A DNA stretch of 55,661 nucleotides from Anaerovoracaceae bacterium (GCA_047637815.1 JBLJBD010000058.1:1-55661), one strand, 5' to 3'; shown: positions 18,634-27,998, numbered from the stretch's first letter. Made by a program: numbers and translations. Notes: generated by a model from the sequence alone, not told the origin.

Positions 18634-19392
18634 CTACTCCCTTTGGGAGAGTCGGTTGATATTGGCTGCCAGATAGGCTGCTCCGAATCCGTTGTCAATA
18701 TTAACGATGCCAACTCCGTTGGCACAGCTGTTAAGCATGGAAAGCAGGGCCGATATGCCCCCCAGATTTGCCCCATAGCCAATGCTGGTGGGAACGGCAA
18801 TGACCGGTGCTTCCACCAGACCTCCCACGACGCTGGCCAGAGCGCCCTCCATACCGGCGACTACAATGACCACATGGGCCTGACGGATCCGGTCCAGCTT
18901 CGCAAAGAGCCGGTGGATTCCGGCTACTCCCACGTCGTAGATCCGATCCACCGGATTTCCCAGCATCATGGCCGTTACAGCAGCTTCCTCTGCTACCGGA
19001 ATATCTGCTGTTCCGGCGGTAACTACAGCCACCGTCCGGTCGTGTTTGGGCTGAGGGTCCCGGTTGACCACGATCATCCGGGCTTCTTCATAGTATAAAG
19101 CATCCGGTACCAGATCCCGAACTGCCCCATAGTTTTCAGGTGTGGCTCTGGTACCCATGATATTGTCGTTGCTTTCAGCCAGCCGGACAAATATTTCAGC
19201 AATCTGAGCAGAGGTTTTTCCCTGGCAGAATACCGCTTCCGGATAGCCGGTCCGTATGTTTCGATGCTGATCGATGTTGACAAAACCCAAATCCTGAAAG
19301 GGCAGGGTCTTCAGCACTTCATAGGCATCCACCGGTGAAGTCTCGCCGGAAGCAACCTTCTGAAGCAGCTCATCCAAATGACGTTTATCCAT
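18634..19392 (-). CDS. larB: nickel-pincer cofactor biosynthesis protein LarB (PurE-like NaAD carboxylase/hydrolase)
   Basis: 252 aa with an N-terminal extension then a PurE-like core: VAVVTAGTADIPVAEEA, VVAGMEGALASVVGGLV, AVPTSIGYGA. Confidence 0.85.
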   Translation of the reverse strand: MDKRHLDELLQKVASGETSPVDAYEVLKTLPFQDLGFVNIDQHRNIRTGYPEAVFCQGKTSAQIAEIFVRLAESNDNIMGTRATPENYGAVRDLVPDALYYEEARMIVVNRDPQPKHDRTVAVVTAGTADIPVAEEAAVTAMMLGNPVDRIYDVGVAGIHRLFAKLDRIRQAHVVIVVAGMEGALASVVGGLVEAPVIAVPTSIGYGANLGGISALLSMLNSCANGVGIVNIDNGFGAAYLAANINRLSQRE

Positions 19393-19403
19393 TCCGGGAC
19401 TCC

Positions 19404-20258
19404 TTATCCTCTGGACTGCCGGGCAGCAGCCTCCACCACCTGAAGAACCAGCACACCGGTGGTTACTGTTCCAACGCCTCCCGGCACCGGGGTAATAGCT
19501 CCCACCACCGGCTCCACTTCACTGAAATTCACATCTCCACAGAGAGACCCGTCCTCCCGAAGATGAATCCCTACGTCCAGGACAATTTGTCCTTCCCGGA
19601 CAAAATCCCTGCCGATGGTCTCCGGTTTTCCGGCAGCTACCAGGAGAACATCCGCTTCTCGCGTGATTTTTTCCATATGAAGGGTTTTGGTGTGACAAAC
19701 GGTGACCGTACCATTTTTCTTCATCACCATCATGGCTGCCGGTTTTCCCACTACCAGGCTTCGGCCGATAACGGCGACTTTCTTGCCCGTTAGGTCAATG
19801 CCGTAATAATCCAGGATTTCCATGCAGGCTCTGGGGGTACAAGGCGGGAATCCGACTCCGGATCCTGCATAGACCCCGGCCATGGATGCGGGAGTGATGC
19901 CATCCACATCTTTGGCTGGATCCAGGGCCTCCATAACCGCATTTTCATCCAGATGGGAGGGCAGCGGCCGAAAAAGCAGCAGCCCGTGAATTCCGGCATC
20001 CTGATTAATCTGACCGATGATCTCCAACAGTTCCCTCTGGGAAATCGTTTCTGGATAAACAAGATTCCGAACCAGGACCCCAGCAGCCTCACATCGCTTC
20101 ATGGCTCCTTTTTCATAGGAGATATCGTCCCCCCGTTCTCCCACCCGGAGAATAGCCAGACAGGGGTGAATCCCCCGTTCCTTCAGTCCAGCCACATCGG
20201 CTGTCAGCCTGGTGGTGAGAGCGTCGGAAACTTCCTTGCCTTTTAATAGTTGCGCCAT
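19404..20258 (-). CDS. folD: bifunctional methylenetetrahydrofolate dehydrogenase / methenyl-THF cyclohydrolase
   Basis: 284 aa with the GRSLVVGKP and PVPGGVGTVT motifs. Confidence 0.95.
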   Translation of the reverse strand: MAQLLKGKEVSDALTTRLTADVAGLKERGIHPCLAILRVGERGDDISYEKGAMKRCEAAGVLVRNLVYPETISQRELLEIIGQINQDAGIHGLLLFRPLPSHLDENAVMEALDPAKDVDGITPASMAGVYAGSGVGFPPCTPRACMEILDYYGIDLTGKKVAVIGRSLVVGKPAAMMVMKKNGTVTVCHTKTLHMEKITREADVLLVAAGKPETIGRDFVREGQIVLDVGIHLREDGSLCGDVNFSEVEPVVGAITPVPGGVGTVTTGVLVLQVVEAAARQSRG

Positions 20259-20268
20259 ACCATCCCTC

Positions 20269-20898
20269 TTATCTTATCCGGCTGACCACCAGTTGATGGA
20301 CCTGGTCCGCCAGCTTTCCGTAATGCTCCAACATTTCTTCTGCTTCCCGGTTGGTTTTATCTGCATAGTCCCGATCTTTCATCAGACCGGTGTTGATAAA
20401 TACATTGAGGCTGGCCCCCTGAAGGGCTGCCTTGCAGAATATGGCCCCCACCCCCGCATCGCTTAGAGCCAGGGTGCTTCCCTTTTCAGCAAACTCCTGC
20501 TGCAGTTCGATAGCCCGGCAGGATTTCTTCATGATTTCCAGAGGAACGGAGCAGGCCAGCTTCAGAGCATCTTCCATGACCCGGTCCTTTTCTGCCTGTT
20601 GATCTTCCGTTTCCTTGGGCATTCCGTAAGCCCTTGCCAGGGGTTCAAATACTTCAGCATCCTTGTCTACCAGCTCCAGCAGCTCCTGCTGGAGTGCATC
20701 GGCTTCTGTTTTCAAACGGCGGATATCTTCTTCCACATCGGCATACTTTTTCTTTCCGACGGTCAGGGATCCCACCATATTGCCCAGGGCAGTACCAAGG
20801 GCTCCCACCAGGGCAGAAGCGCCGCCTCCCCCTGGTACCGGATCCTTGCCTGCCAGCATTTCCACAAAAGTCCCGCAAGACTCCTTTGTAAATCCCAT
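20269..20898 (-). CDS. fchA: cyclodeaminase/cyclohydrolase family protein (methenyl-THF cyclohydrolase FchA-like)
   Basis: About 209 aa, helical, with the PVPGGGGASALVGALGTALGNMV motif typical of the formiminotransferase-cyclodeaminase C-domain family. Located between fhs and folD. Confidence 0.8.
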   Translation of the reverse strand: MGFTKESCGTFVEMLAGKDPVPGGGGASALVGALGTALGNMVGSLTVGKKKYADVEEDIRRLKTEADALQQELLELVDKDAEVFEPLARAYGMPKETEDQQAEKDRVMEDALKLACSVPLEIMKKSCRAIELQQEFAEKGSTLALSDAGVGAIFCKAALQGASLNVFINTGLMKDRDYADKTNREAEEMLEHYGKLADQVHQLVVSRIR

Positions 20899-20926
20899 CT
20901 CCCTATCCTTTCCTGCTTTTCAGCCC

Positions 20927-22603
20927 TTAGAACAACCCGGAGATCTTACCGGAAGCATCCACGTCGATCTTTTCTGCAGATGGCACCGGAGGCAGACCGG
21001 GCATGGTCATGATATCTCCGGTCAATGCCACGATAAATCCAGCCCCAGCCGATATTTTAAGGTTTCTTACCACAACAGTAAAGTTTTTCGGCGCACCCAG
21101 CAGTTTGGGTTCATCCGAGAAGCTGTACTGGGTTTTTGCCATACAAATGGGCACATTATTGAATCCAAGCTTTTCCAACTGTTCCAATTGTTTTTTTGCT
21201 TGTGGCGCCAACTGGATTCCGTCAGCCCGGTATATCTTCTTCGCAATGGCTTCAATTTTTTCTTCGATGGTCATATCCAGGGAATAGGCATATTCAAACG
21301 TGTTCTCCTGCTCCGCAAGCCGAACCACTTCCTTAGCCAGTGCTTCTCCACCGGCACTTCCCTTGCCCCAGACTTCGCTGAGGGCCACGTTGACACCAAG
21401 CTCCCTGCACTTTTCCTCAATCAGGGCCAGTTCCGCTTCGGTATCGGTGGGGAATCGGTTGATAGCCACCACAGCCGGCAGCTTGAACACTTTGGTGATG
21501 TTCTCCACATGCTGCAGCAGATTGGGAAGGCCGGCTTCCAGGGCAGCCAGGTTTTCCTGACCCAGATCGGCCTTTGCCACACCTCCGTGGTGCTTCAGCG
21601 CCCGTACCGTTGCTACGATTACGACGGCAGAGGGATTCAGACCTGCCATCCGGCATTTGATATCCAGGAATTTTTCTGCTCCCAGGTCCGCTCCGAATCC
21701 TGCTTCCGTTACCACATAATCCGAAAGGGACAGGGCAAGTCGGGTGGCCATGATGGAGTTGCAGCCATGGGCAATATTGGCAAAAGGACCACCATGGATG
21801 AAGGCCGGAGTATTTTCCAGGGTCTGGACCAGGTTGGGCTTCAGGGCGTCCTTCAGCAGAGCAGCCGCAGCTCCTTGTGCCTTCAGGTCTCCCGCCGTTA
21901 CCGGTTTGTCATCGTAGGTGTACCCAAGGATGATACGGCTGATTCGTTCCTTCAGGTCAATGATATCTTTGGACAGGCAGAGGACTGCCATGATTTCACT
22001 GGCAACGGTGATTTCATATCCGTCTTCCCGGGGGGTTCCGTTCACCTTTCCGCCCAATCCATCAACGATGAAACGAAGCTGCCGGTCGTTCATATCTACG
22101 CAACGTTTCCAGGTGATCTTCCGGGGATCTATTCCCAGGCTGTTCCCCTGATAGATGTGGTTGTCCAGCATAGCGGCAATCAGGTTGTTTGCTGCACTGA
22201 TGGCATGAAGGTCACCGGTAAAATGAAGGTTGATGTCTTCCATCGGCACAACCTGAGCGTAACCACCACCGGCAGCACCGCCCTTGACACCGAAAACCGG
22301 TCCCAGAGAAGGTTCCCGAAGAGCTACTGCCACCTTCTTGCCGATGGCCTTCAGCCCGTCGGAAAGCCCGACGGTGGTGGTAGTCTTCCCTTCACCGGCC
22401 GGGGTAGGAGTAATGGCGGTGACCAGAATCAGTTTTCCATTTTTAGCATCTTTCCGGTCTTTCAGAATGTTGTAATCGATTTTAGCTTTGTGGTTGCCAT
22501 ACAGTTCCACATACTTTTCATCGATTCCGGCATCCTTGGCTACCTGAGTGATGGGGTCCATCTTTGCTTCCTGTGCAATCTGAATATCACTTTTAAATTC
22601 CAT
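20927..22603 (-). CDS. fhs: formate--tetrahydrofolate ligase
   Basis: 558 aa with [15 protein letters not shown] and collinear FTHFS family sequence. Confidence 0.97.
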   Translation of the reverse strand: MEFKSDIQIAQEAKMDPITQVAKDAGIDEKYVELYGNHKAKIDYNILKDRKDAKNGKLILVTAITPTPAGEGKTTTTVGLSDGLKAIGKKVAVALREPSLGPVFGVKGGAAGGGYAQVVPMEDINLHFTGDLHAISAANNLIAAMLDNHIYQGNSLGIDPRKITWKRCVDMNDRQLRFIVDGLGGKVNGTPREDGYEITVASEIMAVLCLSKDIIDLKERISRIILGYTYDDKPVTAGDLKAQGAAAALLKDALKPNLVQTLENTPAFIHGGPFANIAHGCNSIMATRLALSLSDYVVTEAGFGADLGAEKFLDIKCRMAGLNPSAVVIVATVRALKHHGGVAKADLGQENLAALEAGLPNLLQHVENITKVFKLPAVVAINRFPTDTEAELALIEEKCRELGVNVALSEVWGKGSAGGEALAKEVVRLAEQENTFEYAYSLDMTIEEKIEAIAKKIYRADGIQLAPQAKKQLEQLEKLGFNNVPICMAKTQYSFSDEPKLLGAPKNFTVVVRNLKISAGAGFIVALTGDIMTMPGLPPVPSAEKIDVDASGKISGLF

Positions 22604-22688
22604 CTTTTTTCTCCTATTCGTTTCGCATTTTGAAACACCGTTTCGAATTACTTTATTGAAATAATAGTATACGATTTAGTACTGAAAC

Positions 22689-23348
22689 TCAAGTTAAAAA
22701 TTGTTTTATAAATGTTTTTCTATGGATATGGCAAAAGCCCTTTTCCTTCAACCCTATATAATGAAGTTCCGTCCCGTACCCCTTATTCCGGTCAAAGGCA
22801 TAATGGGGATATTGCCGGTGGTAGTCCATCATCATCCGGTCCCGGGTCACCTTAGCCACGATGGAGGCGGATGCAATGGAAATGCTGGTGGAATCTCCCT
22901 TGATGATACCGGTCTGAGGAATCGGAATCCGATCCAGGGTCAGCGCGTCAATAAGCAGATGCTGTATCGGTTCTTCCATCTGATCCCGGGCAGATTCGTA
23001 GGCCAGAAACATGGCTTCCCTGGTGGCTTCCAGAATATTGATCCGATCGATCTGTTCGTTATCCACAATACCGATTCCGCAGGAGAGGGCCTTTTCCAAA
23101 ATGATTTCACAGAGAGCTTCTCTCTTTTTCTCGGACAATTTCTTAGAATCATCCACACCCGGAAGGTAAAAGTCCTCCGGGAGCACCACACAGGCCGCCA
23201 CCACCGGTCCGGCCAGAGGGCCCCTGCCAACTTCATCCATTCCTCCAATGAATCGGATTCCTTCTTTTTTAAGCCTTTCTTCCTGTTCCATCATCCGGGA
23301 AAACCGTTCGGCTTCCCGGGCTTCCCGCTCACTTTTTTTCATCGCCAT
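22689..23348 (-). CDS. rnhB: ribonuclease HII
   Basis: GMDEVGRGPLAGPVV, DDSKKL and LHYIGLKEKG. I chose the ATG at 23348 (MAMKKSE...); the track ORF start at 23423 lies inside rbgA. Confidence 0.9.
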   Translation of the reverse strand: MAMKKSEREAREAERFSRMMEQEERLKKEGIRFIGGMDEVGRGPLAGPVVAACVVLPEDFYLPGVDDSKKLSEKKREALCEIILEKALSCGIGIVDNEQIDRINILEATREAMFLAYESARDQMEEPIQHLLIDALTLDRIPIPQTGIIKGDSTSISIASASIVAKVTRDRMMMDYHRQYPHYAFDRNKGYGTELHYIGLKEKGFCHIHRKTFIKQFLT

Positions 23349-24183
23349 CTGCCTTCTCCAAGGTGATCCGGCCAATCTGACCGGAGCGGAATTCGTCCAG
23401 CACCGTTCGGGCCGTCCGTTCATAGTCGATTCGTTTGCCCGGCAGGATGAATCCCCGGTTCCGGCTGATCTGTTCCATGGTTTCCAGCGCCTCTTCCGAT
23501 ACCTCTTCCAGCTTGTACCTGGCCTTTAAGAGTTTCGGATAATCCTCCTGGAGCACCCGGATCAGTTCCAGGGCCAGGGTAGGAAGGTCCATGACCTCAT
23601 CCTTGATGGACCCGCAGAAGGCCAGGTTCAGCCCCGCTTTGGGATCTTCAAACTTGGGCCATAAGATTCCCGGAGTATCCAAAAGCTGCATATCCTGCTG
23701 AATCGTGAGCCACTGTTTACCCCTGGTGACCCCGGGCCGGTCTCCCACCTGGGTGCTTTTCCGGCCGGTCAGCCGGTTGATCAGGGAGGATTTTCCCACA
23801 TTGGGAACTCCAACGATCATGAGCCGAAGAGTTTTCTTCAGGATTTGACCCTCATTTTTGTTCTTCTGCACTGCCAGGAGCAGGGACATCAGGTCGTTGA
23901 TTCCTCCTCCGATCATGCAGTTCATTCCCAGCACGCTGCTTCCCTCCCGGGTAAACCGCTGGGACCACCGAATGGTCTCCGAAGGATCAGCCAGATCCGT
24001 TTTATTCAGGATCACGATCCTTTTTTTCTCTCCGATGATCTCATGGAGAATGGGATTCCTGCTGGAATCCGGTATTCTGGCATCCAGGACCTCAATGACC
24101 GCATCCACCATCTTTAAATTGTCCTGGATCATTTCCCGGGTCTTTTTCATGTGCCCCGGGTACCAGTTAATATTCTCTATCAT
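23329..24183 (-). CDS. rbgA: ribosome biogenesis GTPase YlqF/RbgA
   Basis: Circularly permuted GTPase: NWYPGHM, LNKTDL and GVPNVGKSSLIN. The conserved rplS-ylqF-rnhB order supports the call. Confidence 0.92.
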   Translation of the reverse strand: MIENINWYPGHMKKTREMIQDNLKMVDAVIEVLDARIPDSSRNPILHEIIGEKKRIVILNKTDLADPSETIRWSQRFTREGSSVLGMNCMIGGGINDLMSLLLAVQKNKNEGQILKKTLRLMIVGVPNVGKSSLINRLTGRKSTQVGDRPGVTRGKQWLTIQQDMQLLDTPGILWPKFEDPKAGLNLAFCGSIKDEVMDLPTLALELIRVLQEDYPKLLKARYKLEEVSEEALETMEQISRNRGFILPGKRIDYERTARTVLDEFRSGQIGRITLEKADGDEKK

Positions 24184-24199
24184 AAGTCACCCCCGATAT

Positions 24200-24227
24200 A
24201 AAAACAAGGGAACCCGCTGGTTCCCTT
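24200..24227 (-). terminator. intrinsic (possibly partial) terminator after rplS
   Basis: 9-bp stem AAGGGAACC / GGTTCCCTT with a 4-nt loop, followed on the minus strand by GTTTTTA. Confidence 0.6.
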
Positions 24228-24231
24228 TTGT

Positions 24232-24576
24232 TTATTGATCTTTGCTCTTGATTCTTGCTGCTTTACCAGTTCTCTGACGCATATAGTTCAGTTTAGCTCT
24301 TCTCACATCGCCTTTTCTGACTACTTCGATCTTGTCGATCTTCGGTGAGTGAATCGGGAATGTCTTTTCGACGCCGACACCGGATGCGATTCTTCTGACA
24401 GTAAAGGTTTCGTTGAGACCGCCGTTCTGCTTTTTCAGAACAAAGCCTTCAAAAATCTGGATACGTTCTCTGGTACCTTCCTTGATCTTGATGTGCACTT
24501 TAACGGTATCACCGACTCCAAAGGAAGGAACTTCCTTCTTCGCAAATTCTTCGTTGATTAAATCCATTACATTCAT
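24232..24576 (-). CDS. rplS: 50S ribosomal protein L19
   Basis: 114 aa with [19 protein letters not shown] and TFTVRR. Confidence 0.97.
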   Translation of the reverse strand: MNVMDLINEEFAKKEVPSFGVGDTVKVHIKIKEGTRERIQIFEGFVLKKQNGGLNETFTVRRIASGVGVEKTFPIHSPKIDKIEVVRKGDVRRAKLNYMRQRTGKAARIKSKDQ

Positions 24577-24652
24577 CCTTGTTATTCCTCCTCTCTCCCA
24601 AGACGTTCATGGTATCCAATATACTCAGAGGACCGCCCGTAATAACTACAAC

Positions 24653-24681
24653 AGTATATTACAAATAAAAAAATAAATCAA
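24653..24681 (-). promoter_or_regulatory. candidate sigma-A promoter for rplS (TTGATT-17 nt-TATACT)
   Basis: Minus strand reads TTGATT (24681..24676), a 17-nt spacer, then TATACT (24658..24653). This gives a leader of about 70 nt. Confidence 0.4.
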
Positions 24682-24717
24682 CCGTTTTTTTAATTTTAAC
24701 GGAATCATTTCCTGCAA

Positions 24718-25608
24718 TCAAGCCCGGGGGTGGGTCTTGTCATAGACCTCCTTGATCCGGTTTTTCGTTACGGTGAGATAGACCTGGGTAGCGGTCACAT
24801 CTTCATGGCCCAGCAGTTCCTGAAGAGACTTCAGATCCGCCCCGTTCTGAACCATGTGGGCTGCAAAGGAATTCCGCAGGATCTGGGGGGTAATGGCTTT
24901 GTCGATACCGGCCTTCACGCCGTAATCCTTCAGCATTTTCCAGATTCCCTGCCGAGTGATCCGTTCTCCGTTATAATTGACAAAGAGGGATTTTTCCGAA
25001 TTTTTTTTGGAGCGGAGCAGCTTCGGCCTGGCATCGTAAAGATACTCTTCCAGCGCTGCCCGGGCCGGCCTTCCGATGGGTACGATTCTGGCCTTGCCGA
25101 ACTCGCCGGTACAAGTGATGAAGCCGACCCGAAGATTCAGGTCCTCCACATTGGCCTCCAGTACTTCACTGACTCGGATGCCGGTAGCATACAGCAGTTC
25201 CAGCAGAGCCCGGTCCCGAATACCTTTCACGGTTGTATCGGGAAGCATGAGCAGGCGATCCACTTCTCCCAACGTCAGATACTCGATTTCTTTTCTCTCC
25301 ACCCGGGGGGATTTGATGTGAAGGCAGGGGTTGGCAGAAATCCGGCCTTGTTCCTGTAGAAAGGAGAAAAATCCTCGCAGAGAGGCCACCTTCCGGTTAG
25401 AAGTTGCCGTGCTCCTCCCCAGATTCTTCAGGTGCAGGACAAAGGCTACGATTTCCGTATTACTGATATCCTCCGGGGAAAGACTCCCCCGCTGATCCAG
25501 AAAAGCCTGAAATTCCCGGATATCCCGGAGATACGCCTCCGTAGAGTTCCGGGCCATTCCCTTCACTTTTTCCATATATTCCTTGTAGTCATCCATCAAT
25601 CGATTCAT
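24718..25608 (-). CDS. xerD: site-specific tyrosine recombinase XerC/XerD family
   Basis: About 296 aa with an N-terminal SAM-like domain and a catalytic region: ATGIRVSE, LRNSFAAHMVQNGADLKSLQELLGHEDVTATQVYLTV. The ATG at 25608 is preceded by GGGAGG. The XerD versus XerC assignment is tentative. Confidence 0.8.
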   Translation of the reverse strand: MNRLMDDYKEYMEKVKGMARNSTEAYLRDIREFQAFLDQRGSLSPEDISNTEIVAFVLHLKNLGRSTATSNRKVASLRGFFSFLQEQGRISANPCLHIKSPRVERKEIEYLTLGEVDRLLMLPDTTVKGIRDRALLELLYATGIRVSEVLEANVEDLNLRVGFITCTGEFGKARIVPIGRPARAALEEYLYDARPKLLRSKKNSEKSLFVNYNGERITRQGIWKMLKDYGVKAGIDKAITPQILRNSFAAHMVQNGADLKSLQELLGHEDVTATQVYLTVTKNRIKEVYDKTHPRA

Positions 25609-26137
25609 GCTGCCTCCCAACTACCATCAGGATTGCCGCCAGGGTTTTTCCATCCTCGATCTCACCCCGTAGGGCCTTCTGGTATAGTTCCCCCAGAGGG
25701 TATTCCTCTGTTTCGATGGACTCCGTGTCGTCCGGTTCCGGCTCACCAGGAGTCAGATTTCTGCATAGGAACAGGTGTATGCATTCCGTTGTATAACCCA
25801 CGGAAGGATAGAACCGCCCCAGAAATTCCATGGATCCGGCCGTATATCCGGTTTCTTCCTTGAGTTCCCGGGCAGCTGTCCATGAGGGTTCCTCTCCTTC
25901 TTCCAGCTTCCCTGCAGGGATTTCCAGAATATCCCGGGATAGGGCTTTCCGATACTGGCGAACCAGCACCATCTTCCCATCGTCGGTAAGAGCTGCCAGG
26001 CCGACACCCCCCCGATGCTCCACGATTTCCCGATGGGTGACGCCTCCATCTGCAGAATGGACCAGATCCTTCCTCAGGTTCAGAATCTTTCCTTTATATA
26101 GATACTGGCTTTCAATGGTTTCTTCCTTAAATATCAT
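25589..26137 (-). CDS. nudF: NUDIX hydrolase, ADP-ribose pyrophosphatase type
   Basis: Nudix box GKLEEGEEPSWTAARELKEETG. 182 aa. Confidence 0.8.
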   Translation of the reverse strand: MIFKEETIESQYLYKGKILNLRKDLVHSADGGVTHREIVEHRGGVGLAALTDDGKMVLVRQYRKALSRDILEIPAGKLEEGEEPSWTAARELKEETGYTAGSMEFLGRFYPSVGYTTECIHLFLCRNLTPGEPEPDDTESIETEEYPLGELYQKALRGEIEDGKTLAAILMVVGRQHESIDG

Positions 26138-26937
26138 TTTTTCTCCATTTGACGGGATTTCTCTGCGGCAGCCCGAAAGCCTTCCATCACCTTTTCTTCA
26201 AATCCATTTTCCTGGAGTTTTTTCACCGCTTCGATGGTGGTTCCTCCCGGGGAACAGACATTAATCCTCAGCTGCTCCGGGTCGATGCCGGTTTCCAGCA
26301 CCATTTTAGCAGCTCCCAGCACAGCCTGAGCGGCAAAAAGAAGGCTGTTTTCTCTGCTGAGCCCACCGGCTTCTGCTGCTTTTGCCAGAGCATCGATGTA
26401 CATATAGGTATAGGCGGGGCTGCTGCCGGAAACACCGATGACCGTATGGATCTGCTCTTCTTCCACTTCACAGGCTCTTCCGATGGATTCCAAAATGCGA
26501 AAAGCCCTGGAAAAAGCTTCTTCGCTAACCTTTTCATTTCGGCATACGGCTGTCATCCCTTCTCCCACCATGGCCGGGGTATTGGGCATGATCCGGATGA
26601 CGGGAATATCCTCCCCCAGAAAACGGCTGATGTAGCCGATACTGATGCCTGCCGCCATAGAAACAATCAGTTTATCCGAAGTCATCCATTCCGCCATTTC
26701 CGGCAGAACCTGATCAAAACTCCCCGGCTTCACCCCAACAAATATCAGGTCGGCTTTCCGGGTCAGTTCCCGGATATCCCCGCAGGGACTGATGCCCAGC
26801 TCTTCCCGGAGTTTTTTCAGTTTATCCTGATCCGGATCCGTCACATAGACCTGTTCCGGCCGGAGCTCTCCTCCTGCCAGGCAGCCTCTCAGTATGGCAC
26901 CTCCCATGTTTCCTGCTCCAATAAAGCCTATGTTCAT
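26134..26937 (-). CDS. proC: pyrroline-5-carboxylate reductase
   Basis: IGFIGAGNMGGAI Rossmann motif and C-terminal SPGGTTIEA. The stop forms an ATGA overlap with the nudF start. Confidence 0.93.
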   Translation of the reverse strand: MNIGFIGAGNMGGAILRGCLAGGELRPEQVYVTDPDQDKLKKLREELGISPCGDIRELTRKADLIFVGVKPGSFDQVLPEMAEWMTSDKLIVSMAAGISIGYISRFLGEDIPVIRIMPNTPAMVGEGMTAVCRNEKVSEEAFSRAFRILESIGRACEVEEEQIHTVIGVSGSSPAYTYMYIDALAKAAEAGGLSRENSLLFAAQAVLGAAKMVLETGIDPEQLRINVCSPGGTTIEAVKKLQENGFEEKVMEGFRAAAEKSRQMEKK

Positions 26938-26944
26938 CCTTCGC

Positions 26945-27742
26945 TCACTTTCCTAAAAAAACCGTTCCGGTTTCCTTTTCTCTCATCCCGTCCAGCAGGA
27001 TGTTCATCTTTTTTCCATTCAGCAGAATCATGGGAATCCCGTAGGAATTCACCTTTCTTGCTGCCTCGATCTTCGTCACGATGCCACCGGTCCCAAAACT
27101 GCTGGTACCCCGGACATCGATTTCCTCCAGAAGCCGATCCACTCCGTGAATCTCCTCGATCAGCCGGGCATCCCCGTTGGACTTGGGGTCTTTGTCGTAT
27201 AATCCGTCGATATCGCTGAGCAGTACCAGCAGGTCTGCATTCCACAGGTTGGCCGCCAGGGCACTGAGGGTATCGTTATCTCCGATTTTAATTTCTTCCA
27301 CGCTGACCGAATCGTTTTCATTAATAATGGGGACCACCCCTTCGTCCACCAGGGTAAACAGGGTGTTCCGAATATTCAGGGTCCGGGTGGGGTCATTGAA
27401 ATCCTCCCGGGTCAGCAGCATCTGAGCCACATGGACGTCAAAATCTGCAAAGTATTCTTTGTAAGCCATCATCAGTTCCACCTGACCGATAGCGCATAGT
27501 GCCTGCTTATAATTGATGTCTCCCCGCCGTTCCCATTTATTGATGGCTCCTACACCGCAGATCCCGGCGCCGGAAGACACGATGATGACCTGCTTGCCCA
27601 GCTTCATCAGCTCACAGGCCTGTTCCACGATATTGTGAAGCAACTGGTTGTTGACCGTTCCTGTCTCGGTTGACAGAACATTGCTGCCAATCTTGATGAC
27701 GATCTTTCTGCTGCTTCCGATGATCTGACTGAGTTTGCTCAT
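26945..27742 (-). CDS. proB: glutamate 5-kinase (short form without PUA domain)
   Basis: IVIKIGSNVL, VSSGAG, NENDSV and GTGGIVTKIEAA. Only 265 aa. Confidence 0.92.
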   Translation of the reverse strand: MSKLSQIIGSSRKIVIKIGSNVLSTETGTVNNQLLHNIVEQACELMKLGKQVIIVSSGAGICGVGAINKWERRGDINYKQALCAIGQVELMMAYKEYFADFDVHVAQMLLTREDFNDPTRTLNIRNTLFTLVDEGVVPIINENDSVSVEEIKIGDNDTLSALAANLWNADLLVLLSDIDGLYDKDPKSNGDARLIEEIHGVDRLLEEIDVRGTSSFGTGGIVTKIEAARKVNSYGIPMILLNGKKMNILLDGMREKETGTVFLGK

Positions 27743-27783
27743 TTTTTAATTCCTTTCAGGGGCGTGATAATACCCGATTAATC

Positions 27784-27813
27784 ATTATACTCCAAAAATG
27801 CGGCTATTTTCAA
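27784..27813 (-). promoter_or_regulatory. sigma-A promoter for proB-proC (TTGAAA-18 nt-TATAAT)
   Basis: Minus strand reads TTGAAA (27813..27808), an 18-nt spacer, then TATAAT (27789..27784). Confidence 0.55.
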
Positions 27814-27857
27814 TATATTATGACTACTAATTTCCCTAAAAAATTTTCATAATCATA

Positions 27858-27886
27858 CTTGAAATAGATAAAATTATTGGTTATAA
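27858..27886 (+). promoter_or_regulatory. consensus-like sigma-A promoter (TTGAAA-17 nt-TATAAT) driving the short C-rich RNA
   Basis: TTGAAA at 27858-27863, a 17-nt spacer, then TATAAT at 27881-27886. Confidence 0.6.
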
Positions 27887-27892
27887 TGGTCT

Positions 27893-27998
27893 CGTGGTTA
27901 TCCCCCTGATAACCTCATTAATCTCTAATCCCAAAATACCCCTTTTGAACAAAATGGACTGCTCCCCTGCGGTCTGTTTTGTTTTTTGGTTTTTTTTG
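27893..27998 (+). ncRNA. candidate ~105-nt C-rich small RNA, or a cis-acting attenuator
   Basis: Bounded by the promoter above and a strong terminator. The terminator has a ~15-bp stem (27946-27961 / 27968-27983, three G-U pairs), loop UCCCCU and a long U tract. The 5' hairpin GGTTATC/GATAACC (27895-27901 / 27907-27913) has a CCCCU loop. Unpaired CCC lies at 27929-27931 and CCCC at 27938-27941. No SD-preceded ORF is present. Confidence 0.5.

Noticed and set aside
18618-18800. N-terminally extended ORF-track versions of real genes: larC to 18800, the small secreted protein to 6604, cobO to 50394, rnhB to 23423, mgtE to 8680 and the sigma-54 activator to 42789.
   Set aside because: The extensions overlap the upstream gene, lack SD sequences and encode Pro/Arg/Gly-rich junk. 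Internal ATGs with good SDs give N-termini typical of each family.
20663-22633. A 656-aa ORF on the plus strand, antisense to fhs and the end of fchA. This is very long for a ~50% GC genome.
   Set aside because: Its codons are in exact register with the fhs codons (both occupy positions 2,0,1 mod 3). It is therefore open simply because fhs avoids the codons TTA, CTA and TCA, whose reverse complements are stops. The translated product is low-complexity with no recognisable motifs and no SD, so it is a codon-bias artefact.
22604-22688. I looked for a ZTP (pfl) riboswitch or PurR box upstream of fhs. I noted a repeated CGAAACG and a small GAAAC-GGT-GTTTC hairpin.
   Set aside because: The 85-nt region is AT-rich and lacks the GC-rich pfl core and pseudoknot sequences. 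The CGAAACG repeats do not form a convincing PurBox pair by eye, so I make no regulatory claim.
24718-25608. A tyrosine recombinase that could mark an integrative mobile element.
   Set aside because: Its size and motifs fit chromosomal XerC/XerD. It is embedded in a housekeeping string (nudF upstream with an overlapping junction, rplS downstream). There are no flanking direct repeats, tRNA target, or phage or conjugation genes.
27885-27908. A mini-ORF, MVSWLSP-stop (Pro-UGA), that could suggest a proline-sensing leader peptide.
   Set aside because: Its ATG lies inside the -10 hexamer (TATAATG), so it would not be on the transcript. It also has no SD.
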